Shown here: piece after piece, positions 20,144 to 29,903 of the stretch | How positions within the stretch are numbered: the stretch's first letter is position 1 | How the letters are laid out: each line of letters begins with the position of its first letter | Source: Chloroflexota bacterium | GTDB lineage: Bacteria; Chloroflexota; Dehalococcoidia; UBA2979 | DNA: 64,000 bases | Assembly: GCA_027593235.1 (NCBI GenBank) | Contig: JAQCIU010000009.1 | Location: 32,001 to 96,000, forward strand | Direction: 5' to 3' | Program-made: the position numbers and the translations under genes | The notes under the pieces: model-generated | The model's input: the letters and a program-made list of their open reading frames with translations, nothing else | Database searches by the model: none | Told to the model about the DNA's origin: nothing

Positions 20144-20995
20144 GTGAAAGAGCTACGCGGTCGCAACGCCATCGTCACCGGCGCCTCCCGCGGGATCGGC
20201 GTCCACATCGCGCGTGCACTCGCCGACCGAGGCGTCAACCTGATCCTCGCCGCCCGCACCACGGACGAGCTGGAAACGGTCGCGACCGAAATGACCGAGT
20301 TCGGTGTCCGTGCACTCGCCGTCCCCTGCGACATCGCCGACCCGCTCGCCCGCCAGGCGCTCGTGGATGTCGCGCTCTCCCAGTTCGGGTCCGTCGATCT
20401 GCTCATCGACAACGCCGCCATCGAATCAACCATCCACTTCCAACAGCAAACCGACGCCGAGTTCGACCACATGGTGGACGTCAACCTGCTCGCGCCTGTC
20501 GCGCTCACCCGTCTCGTGCTCCCCGGCATGCTGGAGCGCAAGCGCGGACACGTCGTCAACATCTCCTCGTTGGCCGGCAAAGCCGGCACGCCGTACGAGG
20601 TCGCCTACTCCACCACCAAGCACGGATTGATGGGGATGACCCGATCGCTGCGCGGCGAGTTCCGCGACCGCGGAATCGGCTTCTCGGTCATCTGCCCCGG
20701 CTTCGTCTCGGACGTTGGCATGTACGCCGACAGCATGGTCGCCCATGGCATCAAAGCCCCCTGGACGCTCGGCACCTCCAAGCCGGAGAAGGTCGCCCGC
20801 GCGGTCATCAAGGCGATCGAGAAGAACAAGCCCGAAATCATCGTCAACCCGAACGCCACTCGCATCCTGATGACCATCGCCGAGGCATCGCCGATGGCCG
20901 GCGAATGGCTGCTCGCACGCATGGGTGTGAACAAGGTCTTCCGACAGGGTGCCGAACTGCACGCGGCGGAGCAGGCGCGCGCCGCAACGCGGTAG
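20144..20995 (+). CDS. SDR family oxidoreductase
   Basis: TGASRGIG, NISSLAG and YSTTK motifs. Confidence 0.93.
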   Translation: MKELRGRNAIVTGASRGIGVHIARALADRGVNLILAARTTDELETVATEMTEFGVRALAVPCDIADPLARQALVDVALSQFGSVDLLIDNAAIESTIHFQQQTDAEFDHMVDVNLLAPVALTRLVLPGMLERKRGHVVNISSLAGKAGTPYEVAYSTTKHGLMGMTRSLRGEFRDRGIGFSVICPGFVSDVGMYADSMVAHGIKAPWTLGTSKPEKVARAVIKAIEKNKPEIIVNPNATRILMTIAEASPMAGEWLLARMGVNKVFRQGAELHAAEQARAATR

Positions 20996-21065
20996 TCCCC
21001 CACCCACGAGGCCGGGCGAATCCCCGCGTGCCACGACCTCACCAGGCCGGTACGCTGGTCGCCTG

Positions 21066-22562
21066 ATGGACGAACTCACCCACCTCGAAGCCGGCATGCC
21101 GATCGTCTACGGCGGCAACCGCGTCGCCCACGTCGACGCGGATCTGGCGAACGCCTTCTCCGAGGGCGATCGGCTGGTCGTCGTCCAAACAACCGGCGAT
21201 CTGCTGCACATCCCCGCCGACGTCTGGCGGATCGCGCAGGACGCGGTCGGCGCCGCCTCGGACGCCTTCGCGCAGATGGGCTCCGTGACCGACGATCAGA
21301 TCAGCGCATTCTTCGAGGCGTTCGCACGACGCCTCGAGGACGACGCCACCTTCGCCCCGATCGCCGCCGCTAACGCCGCCGACGTCGCCAGCGCACAGGC
21401 ACGAGGTCGCACGACCACCCGCCTCGTGCTCAGCGCCGGCATGCGCGCCGACATGGTCTCCGGGCTCCGCATGTGGCGCGACGCTCCCGGCGGGAGCGGC
21501 GAGGTCGTCGAGGAGATCCAGCACGAAGGCTGGCGCATCGAGCAGGTGCGCGCCGGGCTTGGCCCCGTCGGCTTCGTCTTTGAGGGCCGCCCCAACGTCT
21601 TCGCCGACGCCACCGGCGTGATGCGCAGCGGCAACACCGTCGTCTTCCGCATCGGCTCGGATGCCCTCGGAACCGCTCAGGCGATCGTCGAGCACGCGCT
21701 CGACCCCGCGCTCGCGGAGGCGGGCCTGCCCGCCGGCGCCGCATCGCTCGTTGCCAGCGCCTCGCGGGCAGCTGGCTGGGCGATGTTCTCGGACCCCCGT
21801 GTCGCCCTCGCGGTGGCGCGCGGCTCCGGCTTTGCCGTCGCTCAACTCGGCGCGGTCGCCCGTCAGGCCGGCCTGCCTGTCAGCCTGCACGGCACCGGCG
21901 GTGCCTGGATCGTCGGCGCAACCACGGCCGATGCCGCCAACTTCACCGCCGCCGTCGCCAACTCACTCGACCGCAAGACCTGCAACACCCTCAACACCTG
22001 CGCGATCGTCGCATCCCGCAAGGACGACCTCGTCCCTGCCTTCCTCGACGGCATCCGCCGCGTGCAGCAGCGCCAGGACGTCTGCGTGAAGCTCCACGTC
22101 GTCCAGGGCTTCGAAGACCTCATTCCTCGCGAGTGGTTCGCCGAACAGCCGATCGGCCGCGCCGAAGGCGACGTCGTCGAACCTCAAACCGAGCTGATCA
22201 CCGCCGACCGCCTCGGCGAAGAATGGGAATGGGAAGCCAGTCCTGAGGTCACGCTCACGATCGTCCCGGACGTCGACACCGCCGTGCGCCTCTTCAACGA
22301 ACAGAGCCCCCGGTTCGCCGCCTCGCTCATCTCCGAGGATCGCGACGAGCACGAGCGCTTCTACAACCTGATCGACTCCCCCTTCATCGGCGACGGCATG
22401 ACCCGCTGGGTCGACGGCCAGTACGCCCTCGGCCGCCCCGAACTCGGCCTCTCCAACTGGCAGTTCGGCCGCCTCTTCGGACGCGGCGGCGTCCTCTCAG
22501 GCGACTCCGTCTTCACCGTCCGCACCCGCGCCTTCCAGTCCGACCCGGACCTCGGTCGCTAG
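21066..22562 (+). CDS. proA: Gamma-glutamyl phosphate reductase-like aldehyde dehydrogenase (divergent ProA)
   Basis: ANAAD, LGPVGFVFEGRPNV, RSGN, catalytic CN and ELGLS motifs; extra N-terminal segment. Confidence 0.75.
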   Translation: MDELTHLEAGMPIVYGGNRVAHVDADLANAFSEGDRLVVVQTTGDLLHIPADVWRIAQDAVGAASDAFAQMGSVTDDQISAFFEAFARRLEDDATFAPIAAANAADVASAQARGRTTTRLVLSAGMRADMVSGLRMWRDAPGGSGEVVEEIQHEGWRIEQVRAGLGPVGFVFEGRPNVFADATGVMRSGNTVVFRIGSDALGTAQAIVEHALDPALAEAGLPAGAASLVASASRAAGWAMFSDPRVALAVARGSGFAVAQLGAVARQAGLPVSLHGTGGAWIVGATTADAANFTAAVANSLDRKTCNTLNTCAIVASRKDDLVPAFLDGIRRVQQRQDVCVKLHVVQGFEDLIPREWFAEQPIGRAEGDVVEPQTELITADRLGEEWEWEASPEVTLTIVPDVDTAVRLFNEQSPRFAASLISEDRDEHERFYNLIDSPFIGDGMTRWVDGQYALGRPELGLSNWQFGRLFGRGGVLSGDSVFTVRTRAFQSDPDLGR

Positions 22563-22595
22563 GAACCCCCGGACCGCCCTCGCCGTTCTGCCTGT

Positions 22596-23996
22596 ATGCG
22601 CACTGCCCTCTACCTCGTCGTCGCTGTCTCGCTACTCGCCGTTACCGCCTGCACCTCGCATGACGGCGGCGACACGGCCACCGCAACCCCCACCAGCGCA
22701 ATCGCCGACGCCGCCACTTCGACGGCCACAGCCACCGCCGTCCCGAGCACCTCGCCCTCACCGACCGTCCGCCCCGAACCGCGACGCGTCTCCCCCGGCG
22801 CCGATTACCCGACCGTCGGCCTCCGTCCGGACGGGCTCCCCGTCGCCGCCGAGGGCGCACTCGTGGTCTACGTAAAGGAGCTTCGAGGCGACTCCGCCGT
22901 CGAGGTAGTGATCTTCGACCTCTCCAGGGGCGAACGCCTGTCGTCGTTCTATCTGGAAGCGAACCAGCACTCCTCGGTGCAACTCGCGGGAAATCGAGTG
23001 ATCGCCTCGTTCGGGAGCAAGATCTGGTCGTACGCCCTCGACGGCTCCGGCGGCGTCCTCCTCGATGACAAGCTGGTCACCTCCTACGTCCTGCCCTCCC
23101 CGGACGGCCGCTACCTCGTGGCCACCGGGTCAGACGAGGGTTACCCAACCTCGGTTTCTACCTTCGATCTCGAAAGCGGAAAGCGGCTCTTCCACGTCGA
23201 CCTGCTCGATGAGTTCCCGGACTGGCAGGGCGAGCCGCACCCCGTCCGATGGCTCACCACTGACACCGTCCTCATCGGCGGACTCTGCCATTGCGACGGC
23301 CCGGGCGGCGGATTCTTCGACGTCGTCGTCTCGGCGGGTGGAGGGGCCACCCGCGCCCCCGCCGACCTCCCACCTCCCGCGCCACGATCCGCCGTCATTA
23401 CAGACCAGTTCGCACCCGGGTGTCAGCTCGTGGGCTACGCCGGTGGCCGGACGATCGCGCTCGTCGATGCCGCACGAGGCGATGTCCTCGCCGAGGCACG
23501 CGCGTCTGCGCCAGTCTTCCTGAGCTACGAGCTGTCGCCCGATGGAACCGAGGTGCTGGTCGTCAGCCTCGACGCCGATCAGCCGCTGCGCGATCGACTC
23601 AACGAGCTGCTCGCCTCGGGCCGCTGCAGCGACGATGGCGGCATCGACTGGTCGACCACGGGTCGCACGCTCGGCCTGCTCCGCGCGGGGGGCGATGCAC
23701 TCGAGGTCGTCGATTCACGGCTCGCGGTACTCGACCGCTGGTACCCCGACCAGCTCCCCGTCTTCGTCTGCGACGGCGAGGAGCGCGCGGGCGCGAACAC
23801 CACCCCCTGGCTCCACCCCGCGCTCTGGCGCAGCCCGGTCGGCTTCGGCACCCCGTGGGGCTTCACCTCCGAGGCCTGCCAGGACAACCGCACCACAGTC
23901 ATCGATATGCGCGTCGGCACGACCGTCGTCGACACCGCCGCCGAGGGCTATCGCGTGCTGGCCTTCCTCGACTCGACCCGCACCTCCGAGAACTAA
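22596..23996 (+). CDS. Hypothetical lipoprotein, probably beta-propeller-like
   Basis: VTAC lipobox, Thr/Pro linker, SPDG turn motifs. Confidence 0.7.
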   Translation: MRTALYLVVAVSLLAVTACTSHDGGDTATATPTSAIADAATSTATATAVPSTSPSPTVRPEPRRVSPGADYPTVGLRPDGLPVAAEGALVVYVKELRGDSAVEVVIFDLSRGERLSSFYLEANQHSSVQLAGNRVIASFGSKIWSYALDGSGGVLLDDKLVTSYVLPSPDGRYLVATGSDEGYPTSVSTFDLESGKRLFHVDLLDEFPDWQGEPHPVRWLTTDTVLIGGLCHCDGPGGGFFDVVVSAGGGATRAPADLPPPAPRSAVITDQFAPGCQLVGYAGGRTIALVDAARGDVLAEARASAPVFLSYELSPDGTEVLVVSLDADQPLRDRLNELLASGRCSDDGGIDWSTTGRTLGLLRAGGDALEVVDSRLAVLDRWYPDQLPVFVCDGEERAGANTTPWLHPALWRSPVGFGTPWGFTSEACQDNRTTVIDMRVGTTVVDTAAEGYRVLAFLDSTRTSEN

Positions 23997-25261
23997 ACCA
24001 CCCCCTGCGCCCGGAGCTGCGCCACCTCGTCCGGCGCAAACCCCGACTCCTCGAGGATCGCGTCCGCATGCTCCCCGAGCAGCGGCGCCCGCCGCTGGAT
24101 CTGCCACGGGCTCCCGTGGAAGAGATACGGCGCCCCCGGATAGGTGAACGATCGACCGAGGTCCGGGTGTGGCACCTCCGTCGGGAAACGGCGCGCCTTG
24201 AAGTGACGGTCCTCCATCACCTCCTCCGGCGAATAAATGATCCCCACCTGAAACCCGCGCTGTTGCGCCCCCTCGAAGAACTCGTACGCGGACATGTTCT
24301 GGGCGAGCAACACCATCGCGTCGCGCCCCGCCTGGAACATCTCCCGGATCGCCGGATCCGTCGCGATCTTCGACAGGTCGAGGATACCGTGCGACTTCCC
24401 CATCTCCAGCAGCGGCGTCGCCGGGAACTGCTCGTCGAGCCCCCGCTCTGCCAGCCACTGCAGCACCATCTCGTAATCGCGCCCGCGGCGCGCCGGCACG
24501 CCCGTGTTCACCCAGCGCCCGTCACCGCACTGCACCTGCGACGGCGCCGAGGGGTTCACGCCCGCGTGCCGCCCCGTCTGCCGCTGCACCGTCTCCTCCG
24601 CGACCAGCCACGAGTAGCTCCCCGCCTCGGTCGTCACGTTCTGCGCGGCGTGCATGTCGACGTCGATGTGCTGCCCCGCGCCGGTCACGTCCCGGCTCAC
24701 GAGGGCGACCAGCGCCGCCATCACCGCGTAGTGACAGCCCGTCTGGTAGCCCTGGTTGCCACCACCCCGCACCGGCGGCAGCGAGTGATCGTCATAGCCG
24801 CAGCTCCACGCGGGCCCGCCGCCGGCCAGCAGCGTCAGGTCCGTCGCCAGCTCGTGCTCGCGCGGCCCACCGCGCATGAACGGCGCCATCGAGACGCTGA
24901 TCAGCTCCGGGTGCCCGGCGCGCAGCGACAGCGCGTCGATCCCCAGCGCCTCCAGCCGCCCAGCGTCCTCGCTCTCAAGGAACACATCCGCCGTCGCCAC
25001 CAGCCGCCGCAACGCCCCGCGCCCCGCGTCGGTCTCGAGGTCGATCGTGATCCCGCGCTTGCTCGTGTTGTAGTGCCAGAAATAGAGGCTGCGCTCGTCG
25101 CCCGGCTCGTCATCGAGGAACGGCTCGTAGCCCCGCGTCGCGTCGCCGCCCGGCGGCTCAACGAGGATCACGTCGGCGCCCATGTCCGCGAGCAGCTTCC
25201 CCGCGAACGCGATCCGGTCGTTCGCCAGCTCGATCACGCGCAGATCGCTGAGGGCGGTCAT
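23993..25261 (-). CDS. Family III CoA-transferase subunit
   Basis: LSDLRVIE, LADMGADVILVEPPGGD, NTSKR and APLLGEH motifs. Confidence 0.92.
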   Translation of the reverse strand: MTALSDLRVIELANDRIAFAGKLLADMGADVILVEPPGGDATRGYEPFLDDEPGDERSLYFWHYNTSKRGITIDLETDAGRGALRRLVATADVFLESEDAGRLEALGIDALSLRAGHPELISVSMAPFMRGGPREHELATDLTLLAGGGPAWSCGYDDHSLPPVRGGGNQGYQTGCHYAVMAALVALVSRDVTGAGQHIDVDMHAAQNVTTEAGSYSWLVAEETVQRQTGRHAGVNPSAPSQVQCGDGRWVNTGVPARRGRDYEMVLQWLAERGLDEQFPATPLLEMGKSHGILDLSKIATDPAIREMFQAGRDAMVLLAQNMSAYEFFEGAQQRGFQVGIIYSPEEVMEDRHFKARRFPTEVPHPDLGRSFTYPGAPYLFHGSPWQIQRRAPLLGEHADAILEESGFAPDEVAQLRAQGVV

Positions 25262-26505
25262 ACGACCCCCTCCTCATGCAGTGAGACAAGCTCGGCCGCG
25301 CTGACCCCGAGCAGCTCGCCGAAGACGTAGTCGTTGTGCTCGCCGAGGCACGGCGCGCCGCGCTCGAGCTTCCAGTCCGTCTCGGAGAGGTGCACCGGCA
25401 TCCCATCCACCCGTACATCCCCCATCTCCGTCTGCTTCACCGTCGGCCACAGCCCCCACGCCGCCGTGTCGCCGTCGTGGTCGACGCGCTCCCCCGGCCG
25501 CTGCACCGCCGTCGCCGGCACCCCCGCCGCCTGCAACCGGCTCGCGAGGTCAAAGCGCTCCTGGTGCCGCGTCCAGTCCGTGATCCGCCGATCGAGGTCG
25601 TCCTCGTTCGCCAGCCGGTCCGCCAGCGTCGCGAACCGCGCGTCGTCCGCCCACGCGGTCCCGGCCACGCCGCAGAGCGCCTGCCAGTCCTGCTCGTTGC
25701 GGCACGAAATCCCGATCCAGTTGTCGTCGCCCTCGGTCTCGTAGATCCCGTGCGGCGTCATCGCCGGGAACTGGTTCCGGTTGGAGTTCGGGCTCCCCTC
25801 CCGGCGCAGCCCGCGCCCGTTGACGGTGTAATCGAGGAGTGCCGGTCCGTTGAGGCTCGCCCCCGCCTCGGTACAGCTCATGTCCACCCACTGCCCCTCG
25901 CCGGTCACGTTGCGGTGGTGCACCGCCATCAGGATCGCCATCGCCATGTAGTAGGCGCCCGTGTGATCCATGTAGCTGTAGCCCCAGCCCGCCGAGGGCT
26001 GCCCCGGAAGCCCGGAGGAGAACGTCAGCCCGGAGACCGCCTGCACCACCGGCCCCCACGTCTTGTAGTTCACGTACGGACCGGAGTGCCCAAACCCGCA
26101 GTTGGAGACGTAGATCACGTCGTCCTTCAGCGCCCGCAGCTCCTCGTAGCTCAGCCCCAGCCGTTCGAACACCCCGGCCGCGAAGTTCTCGCTCACCACG
26201 TCCGAGATCTTGATCAGCTCGTGCAGCAGCTCCTTCCCGCGCGTGGTGCGCAGGTTGAGCGTGATCCCCAGCTTCTCCACGTTGTGGTTGTTGAACGACC
26301 CGCCGAGGTTGATCCCGCGCCGCTCATCCTTGAACGGCTGCCCGCCGCGCAGGATGTCCCAGCGTCCCTCGTTCGTCGGATCCTCAATTCGGATCACCTG
26401 CGCGCCAAACGCCGCCAGGAACTTCGTCGCGCCCGCACCGGCAAGCTGGCCGGTGAAATCGCAGATCCGCAGCTGCCCCAACGCCGTGCCATCGGACTCA
26501 CGCAT
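25258..26505 (-). CDS. Family III CoA-transferase subunit
   Basis: LRICDFT..AG, LAAFGAQVIRIE, ENF, SYMD and APCLGEHN motifs; 4-bp overlap with the downstream partner. Confidence 0.92.
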   Translation of the reverse strand: MRESDGTALGQLRICDFTGQLAGAGATKFLAAFGAQVIRIEDPTNEGRWDILRGGQPFKDERRGINLGGSFNNHNVEKLGITLNLRTTRGKELLHELIKISDVVSENFAAGVFERLGLSYEELRALKDDVIYVSNCGFGHSGPYVNYKTWGPVVQAVSGLTFSSGLPGQPSAGWGYSYMDHTGAYYMAMAILMAVHHRNVTGEGQWVDMSCTEAGASLNGPALLDYTVNGRGLRREGSPNSNRNQFPAMTPHGIYETEGDDNWIGISCRNEQDWQALCGVAGTAWADDARFATLADRLANEDDLDRRITDWTRHQERFDLASRLQAAGVPATAVQRPGERVDHDGDTAAWGLWPTVKQTEMGDVRVDGMPVHLSETDWKLERGAPCLGEHNDYVFGELLGVSAAELVSLHEEGVV

Positions 26506-26645
26506 CGTCTCGCCTCTCTCGTACGCGGCGGAGCATATCTCGAACGCCGTTTGAATCACGAACGCAATCCGATTGCGAGCCCACCGGGGCGCGCCTACGC
26601 TGCGGTCGCCCCGGTGGCACCGCCGCCCGGGGCCAGGAGGCCCAC

Positions 26646-27770
26646 ATGACCACCGCCACGTCCCCGCTCACCAGCCGCATCGCCGCCGCCGCCGACGACT
26701 TCCTCGAAATGCTCGAGCCCGAGCAACTCGAGGCCGCGACGTTCGCCTTCGCCAACGAGGACGAGCGCACGCGCTTCTTCTACACCCCAACCGATCACGG
26801 CGGCATCGAGTTCGTCGACATGTGGCCGCAGCAACACGCCGCCGCCATGCGCCTGCTCGCCGCCACCCTCAGCCCCGGTGCCTACTCCACCGCCGCGACG
26901 ATCATGGGCCTCGAGAACGTGCTCGCCGGCCTCGAGGGCTTCGTCGACTTCGACCACGACGCGGACGAGGTCCGCACGAGGAACCCGAACCGCTACCACG
27001 TCTCCGTCTTCGGCACGCCCGGCGAAGAGCCGTGGGGCTGGCGCTTCGGTGGGCACCACGTCTCGGTCAGCCTGCTCGCCGCCAACGGCGAGGTCCGCCT
27101 GCTCCCCAGCTTCCTCGGCGCCAACCCCGCCAGTTACGACGGCGTCGGCGCGAACCACATCCGCCCGCTCGCCGCCGAGGAGGATCTCGGCCGTGAGCTG
27201 GTCCACCTGCTCAACGAGGAGCAGCTCGCGACCGCCCTCCTCTCGCCCACCGCGCCACCGGACCTGGTGACGATCAACAGCTCGCGGCTCGCGACGCCAA
27301 CTCGTACCGAGGCGGCGCCGTGGAAAATCTGGCGGAGCCGTACCGCGGACGACTTCACCGAGGGCGCGCTCAGCGCCGTGCGGACCGCGGTCGATCGCCT
27401 CGGCGAGGAGCACCTCGCCGCCCTCGAATACACCGCCGAACCGAAGGGGATCCGCGCCAACGCCCTCGACTCCGGCCAGCGCGTCGCGCTCGCCGCGCTC
27501 CTCCGTCAGTACATCGCGCGCATGCCCGACGAACTCGCCGCGACAGAGTTGGCACGCATCGAGGGCATCGATGACGCCGCGATGACCTTCGCCTGGGCTG
27601 GTGGCCTCGAGCGCGGCCAAGGCCACTACTACCGCATCCAGGGACCCGGCCTCCTCGTCGAGTACGACAACACCCAGAACGACGCCAACCACATCCACGC
27701 CGTCTGGCGCGATCCGGAGCGCGACTTCGGCCGCGATCTCCTCGCGGAGCACTACTCCGCGGCGCACTGA
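26646..27770 (+). CDS. DUF3500-type protein
   Basis: WGWRFGGHHVS and HYYRIQGP..EYDN.Q...NHIH.VWRD...DFG signatures. Confidence 0.82.
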   Translation: MTTATSPLTSRIAAAADDFLEMLEPEQLEAATFAFANEDERTRFFYTPTDHGGIEFVDMWPQQHAAAMRLLAATLSPGAYSTAATIMGLENVLAGLEGFVDFDHDADEVRTRNPNRYHVSVFGTPGEEPWGWRFGGHHVSVSLLAANGEVRLLPSFLGANPASYDGVGANHIRPLAAEEDLGRELVHLLNEEQLATALLSPTAPPDLVTINSSRLATPTRTEAAPWKIWRSRTADDFTEGALSAVRTAVDRLGEEHLAALEYTAEPKGIRANALDSGQRVALAALLRQYIARMPDELAATELARIEGIDDAAMTFAWAGGLERGQGHYYRIQGPGLLVEYDNTQNDANHIHAVWRDPERDFGRDLLAEHYSAAH

Positions 27771-28219
27771 TGCCTGCGAGGGCCGGAGCACCGATGAAGC
27801 GCCCGCTCGCACATCGCCTGGACGTGCTCTTTCGCCTGCACGCGGACCTCGCCGCGACGCTCCCCGCGGAGACGCTCGCCTCCCACCTCGGCACGCTGCG
27901 TTCCAACACCATCGGCCAGCAGCTCTGGTGCGTCGTCGGTGGCCGCGAATCGTGGGCGAAAGCCATCCCCGCCGGCGCGTGGCAGGGCTTCGCCTGCTCA
28001 CTCGACGAGCCGCACGACCCCGCGAGGGTGCGCGCCGCCCTCGAGGCCGGCGCCGCCCAGGTCCGCGCCGTGCTCGACGCCGAACGCTCCGACGCCGGTG
28101 AAACCCAGGCGCTCGGACTCCTCGAACACGAGGCCGGCCACGCCGGCCAGCTCCTGCGCTACGTCCTCGGCCTGGAGCTGCCGCTACCGAAAAGCTGGCA
28201 GGCCTACTTCGGCGTCTAA
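27770..28219 (+). CDS. DinB-superfamily-like hypothetical protein
   Basis: NTIGQQLWCVVG and LEHEAGHAGQL motifs. Confidence 0.65.
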   Translation: MPARAGAPMKRPLAHRLDVLFRLHADLAATLPAETLASHLGTLRSNTIGQQLWCVVGGRESWAKAIPAGAWQGFACSLDEPHDPARVRAALEAGAAQVRAVLDAERSDAGETQALGLLEHEAGHAGQLLRYVLGLELPLPKSWQAYFGV

Positions 28220-28262
28220 CGCCGCTCCCCGAGGGCTACAGGTCCGGAGCCGCCCTCGAGGG

Positions 28263-28679
28263 CTACGGGTCGAGGTTGACCAGCTCGCCCGCCACGAAGT
28301 CCAGCTTGCGGTAGTAGCAATTCCGCGCCTCGCCGGCCTCGTTCTTCGTGTGACAGATCCCGCCCGCGTTCGGACGCACCAGGTACAGCAACGAGTTCTG
28401 CTCGCAGTTCACCCGCACCTCCAGCAGATCGAACGTCTCGCCGGAGGTCTTGCCCTTCTCCCACAGCTCGTTGCGGGAGGTGCTCCAGAACACCGCGGAC
28501 CGCGTCTCAATCGCCTTGTCCAGCGCCTGCTGGTTCACGTACGCGACCAGGATCAGCTCCTGCGTGTCCGCGTTTTGCACCGCGCACGGCAGCACCTGGT
28601 TCGCTGGATCGATCGTCGCCAGCTTGTTGAAGTCCAGCGCGACCGCCGCGCCCTCTTCCAGTGCGTTGCTGCTGGTCAT
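28263..28679 (-). CDS. hisI: Phosphoribosyl-AMP cyclohydrolase
   Basis: WSTSRNELWEKGKTSG, NCEQNSLL, ICHT and CYYR motifs. Confidence 0.92.
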   Translation of the reverse strand: MTSSNALEEGAAVALDFNKLATIDPANQVLPCAVQNADTQELILVAYVNQQALDKAIETRSAVFWSTSRNELWEKGKTSGETFDLLEVRVNCEQNSLLYLVRPNAGGICHTKNEAGEARNCYYRKLDFVAGELVNLDP

Positions 28680-28706
28680 CTCGATCCCCCGGGTCGCTGC
28701 GAACGG

Positions 28707-28733
28707 AAAAATGAGGGGCCTCGCAGCCCCTCA
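28707..28733 (-). terminator. Intrinsic terminator after the MaoC pair
   Basis: TGAGGGGC-TGCGAG-GCCCCTCA followed by TTTTT on the minus strand. Confidence 0.75.
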
Positions 28734-28762
28734 CCATTCTGGGAGTCGAATCGGGTCTGTGA

Positions 28763-29194
28763 CTACCCGCGCGAAGGCACCACCACGATCGCCTTACCGG
28801 GCGCACCCTGCAGGCCGTCCTGGTTCACCACGTTTACGTCCAGGTACACGCGGTGCTCGCCGTCCTCCACCTTCTTCTCGGTGACCACGGCCTGTGTCGT
28901 CAGCGTGTCGTGCTTCTGGTTGATCGCGCGGAACTGCATCGACAGATCGCGGACCTCGGCCTCGTCACCGATCCAGGCCTGCAGCGCGTTCATCACGTAC
29001 GCCCAGCGCAGGTTGCCCATCCCGAACGCCTCGCCCTGGCCGGCCGCCTTGGCGACCGCGTCGTCCATGTGCAGGTACACGAACTCATCGTTCACCGCCG
29101 CGTAACGGTTCCAGTTCATAAAATCGGTCTCGCGGACGACCGGCGGAACCTCTTGCCCGACCTCGACGTCCTCGAAGTACACGTTGATTGCCAT
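28763..29194 (-). CDS. MaoC family dehydratase
   Basis: YFEDVEVG and NDEFVYLHMDD..AKAAG motifs. Confidence 0.87.
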   Translation of the reverse strand: MAINVYFEDVEVGQEVPPVVRETDFMNWNRYAAVNDEFVYLHMDDAVAKAAGQGEAFGMGNLRWAYVMNALQAWIGDEAEVRDLSMQFRAINQKHDTLTTQAVVTEKKVEDGEHRVYLDVNVVNQDGLQGAPGKAIVVVPSRG

Positions 29195-29219
29195 CAGACT
29201 TCCCTTCCTTCGAGGCCGG

Positions 29220-29723
29220 TTAGTAGCGCACGCCGGTCGAGATGCGGCGCTTCACGAGTTGGCCGTTCTGGTTATGCCACTCTGTCTCCGTGAACGTGAA
29301 GATCGTCAGCCCGTGACGCCCCTCGCGCTCGTTCCAGTCCGACAGACGGGTCTTCGAGGTGATCACGTCGCCTGCCCGGATCGGCGCAAAGAACGTGTCC
29401 TGCTGACCGCCGTTCAGGATGTTCTCGCCCTTCTTCGGCGTCTGCCCGGGCACCGGCCCGGCGGACGCGCGCGCCGGGCGGTCGACTGGCCACGTGAACG
29501 GGTTGAAGTCGCGAGGCGCGATGATGCTGCCCCACGTCGTGCCCGCCGCGTACTCCTCGTCCCAGAAGATCTGCGGCGGCTTCTCCGGCCAGTACGTCGC
29601 GATCGCCCACTTTCGAATGTCCGAGGCGGTCACCGGGTACGAGGTCGTCTCGGCCCCCCAGACGCCCTTGGCATCGATCATGTCCTGCGTGACGAGTGTC
29701 GTTGGCTGTTCGGTCGTGGTCAT
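29220..29723 (-). CDS. MaoC-dehydratase N-terminal (FAS1-like) hotdog protein
   Basis: DIRKWAIA, WGSIIAP, LNGGQ..F..PIRAGD and NQNGQLV motifs. Confidence 0.85.
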   Translation of the reverse strand: MTTTEQPTTLVTQDMIDAKGVWGAETTSYPVTASDIRKWAIATYWPEKPPQIFWDEEYAAGTTWGSIIAPRDFNPFTWPVDRPARASAGPVPGQTPKKGENILNGGQQDTFFAPIRAGDVITSKTRLSDWNEREGRHGLTIFTFTETEWHNQNGQLVKRRISTGVRY

Positions 29724-29903
29724 CGCTTACCCTCCGCGAGTGCTCTCAGCGCGCACGATACTACGCAGAACCAAACATGAGTAGAAACCGCGGGCCGAAG
29801 CCCGCCGTCCCCCACCCTCATAGACGCGTGAGGAGCGCTTCCCGGATAATGGGGGGCACGCCAGCTTCCTATACGGAGGCTTGACGAGAGCGGAACCTGA
29901 ATC

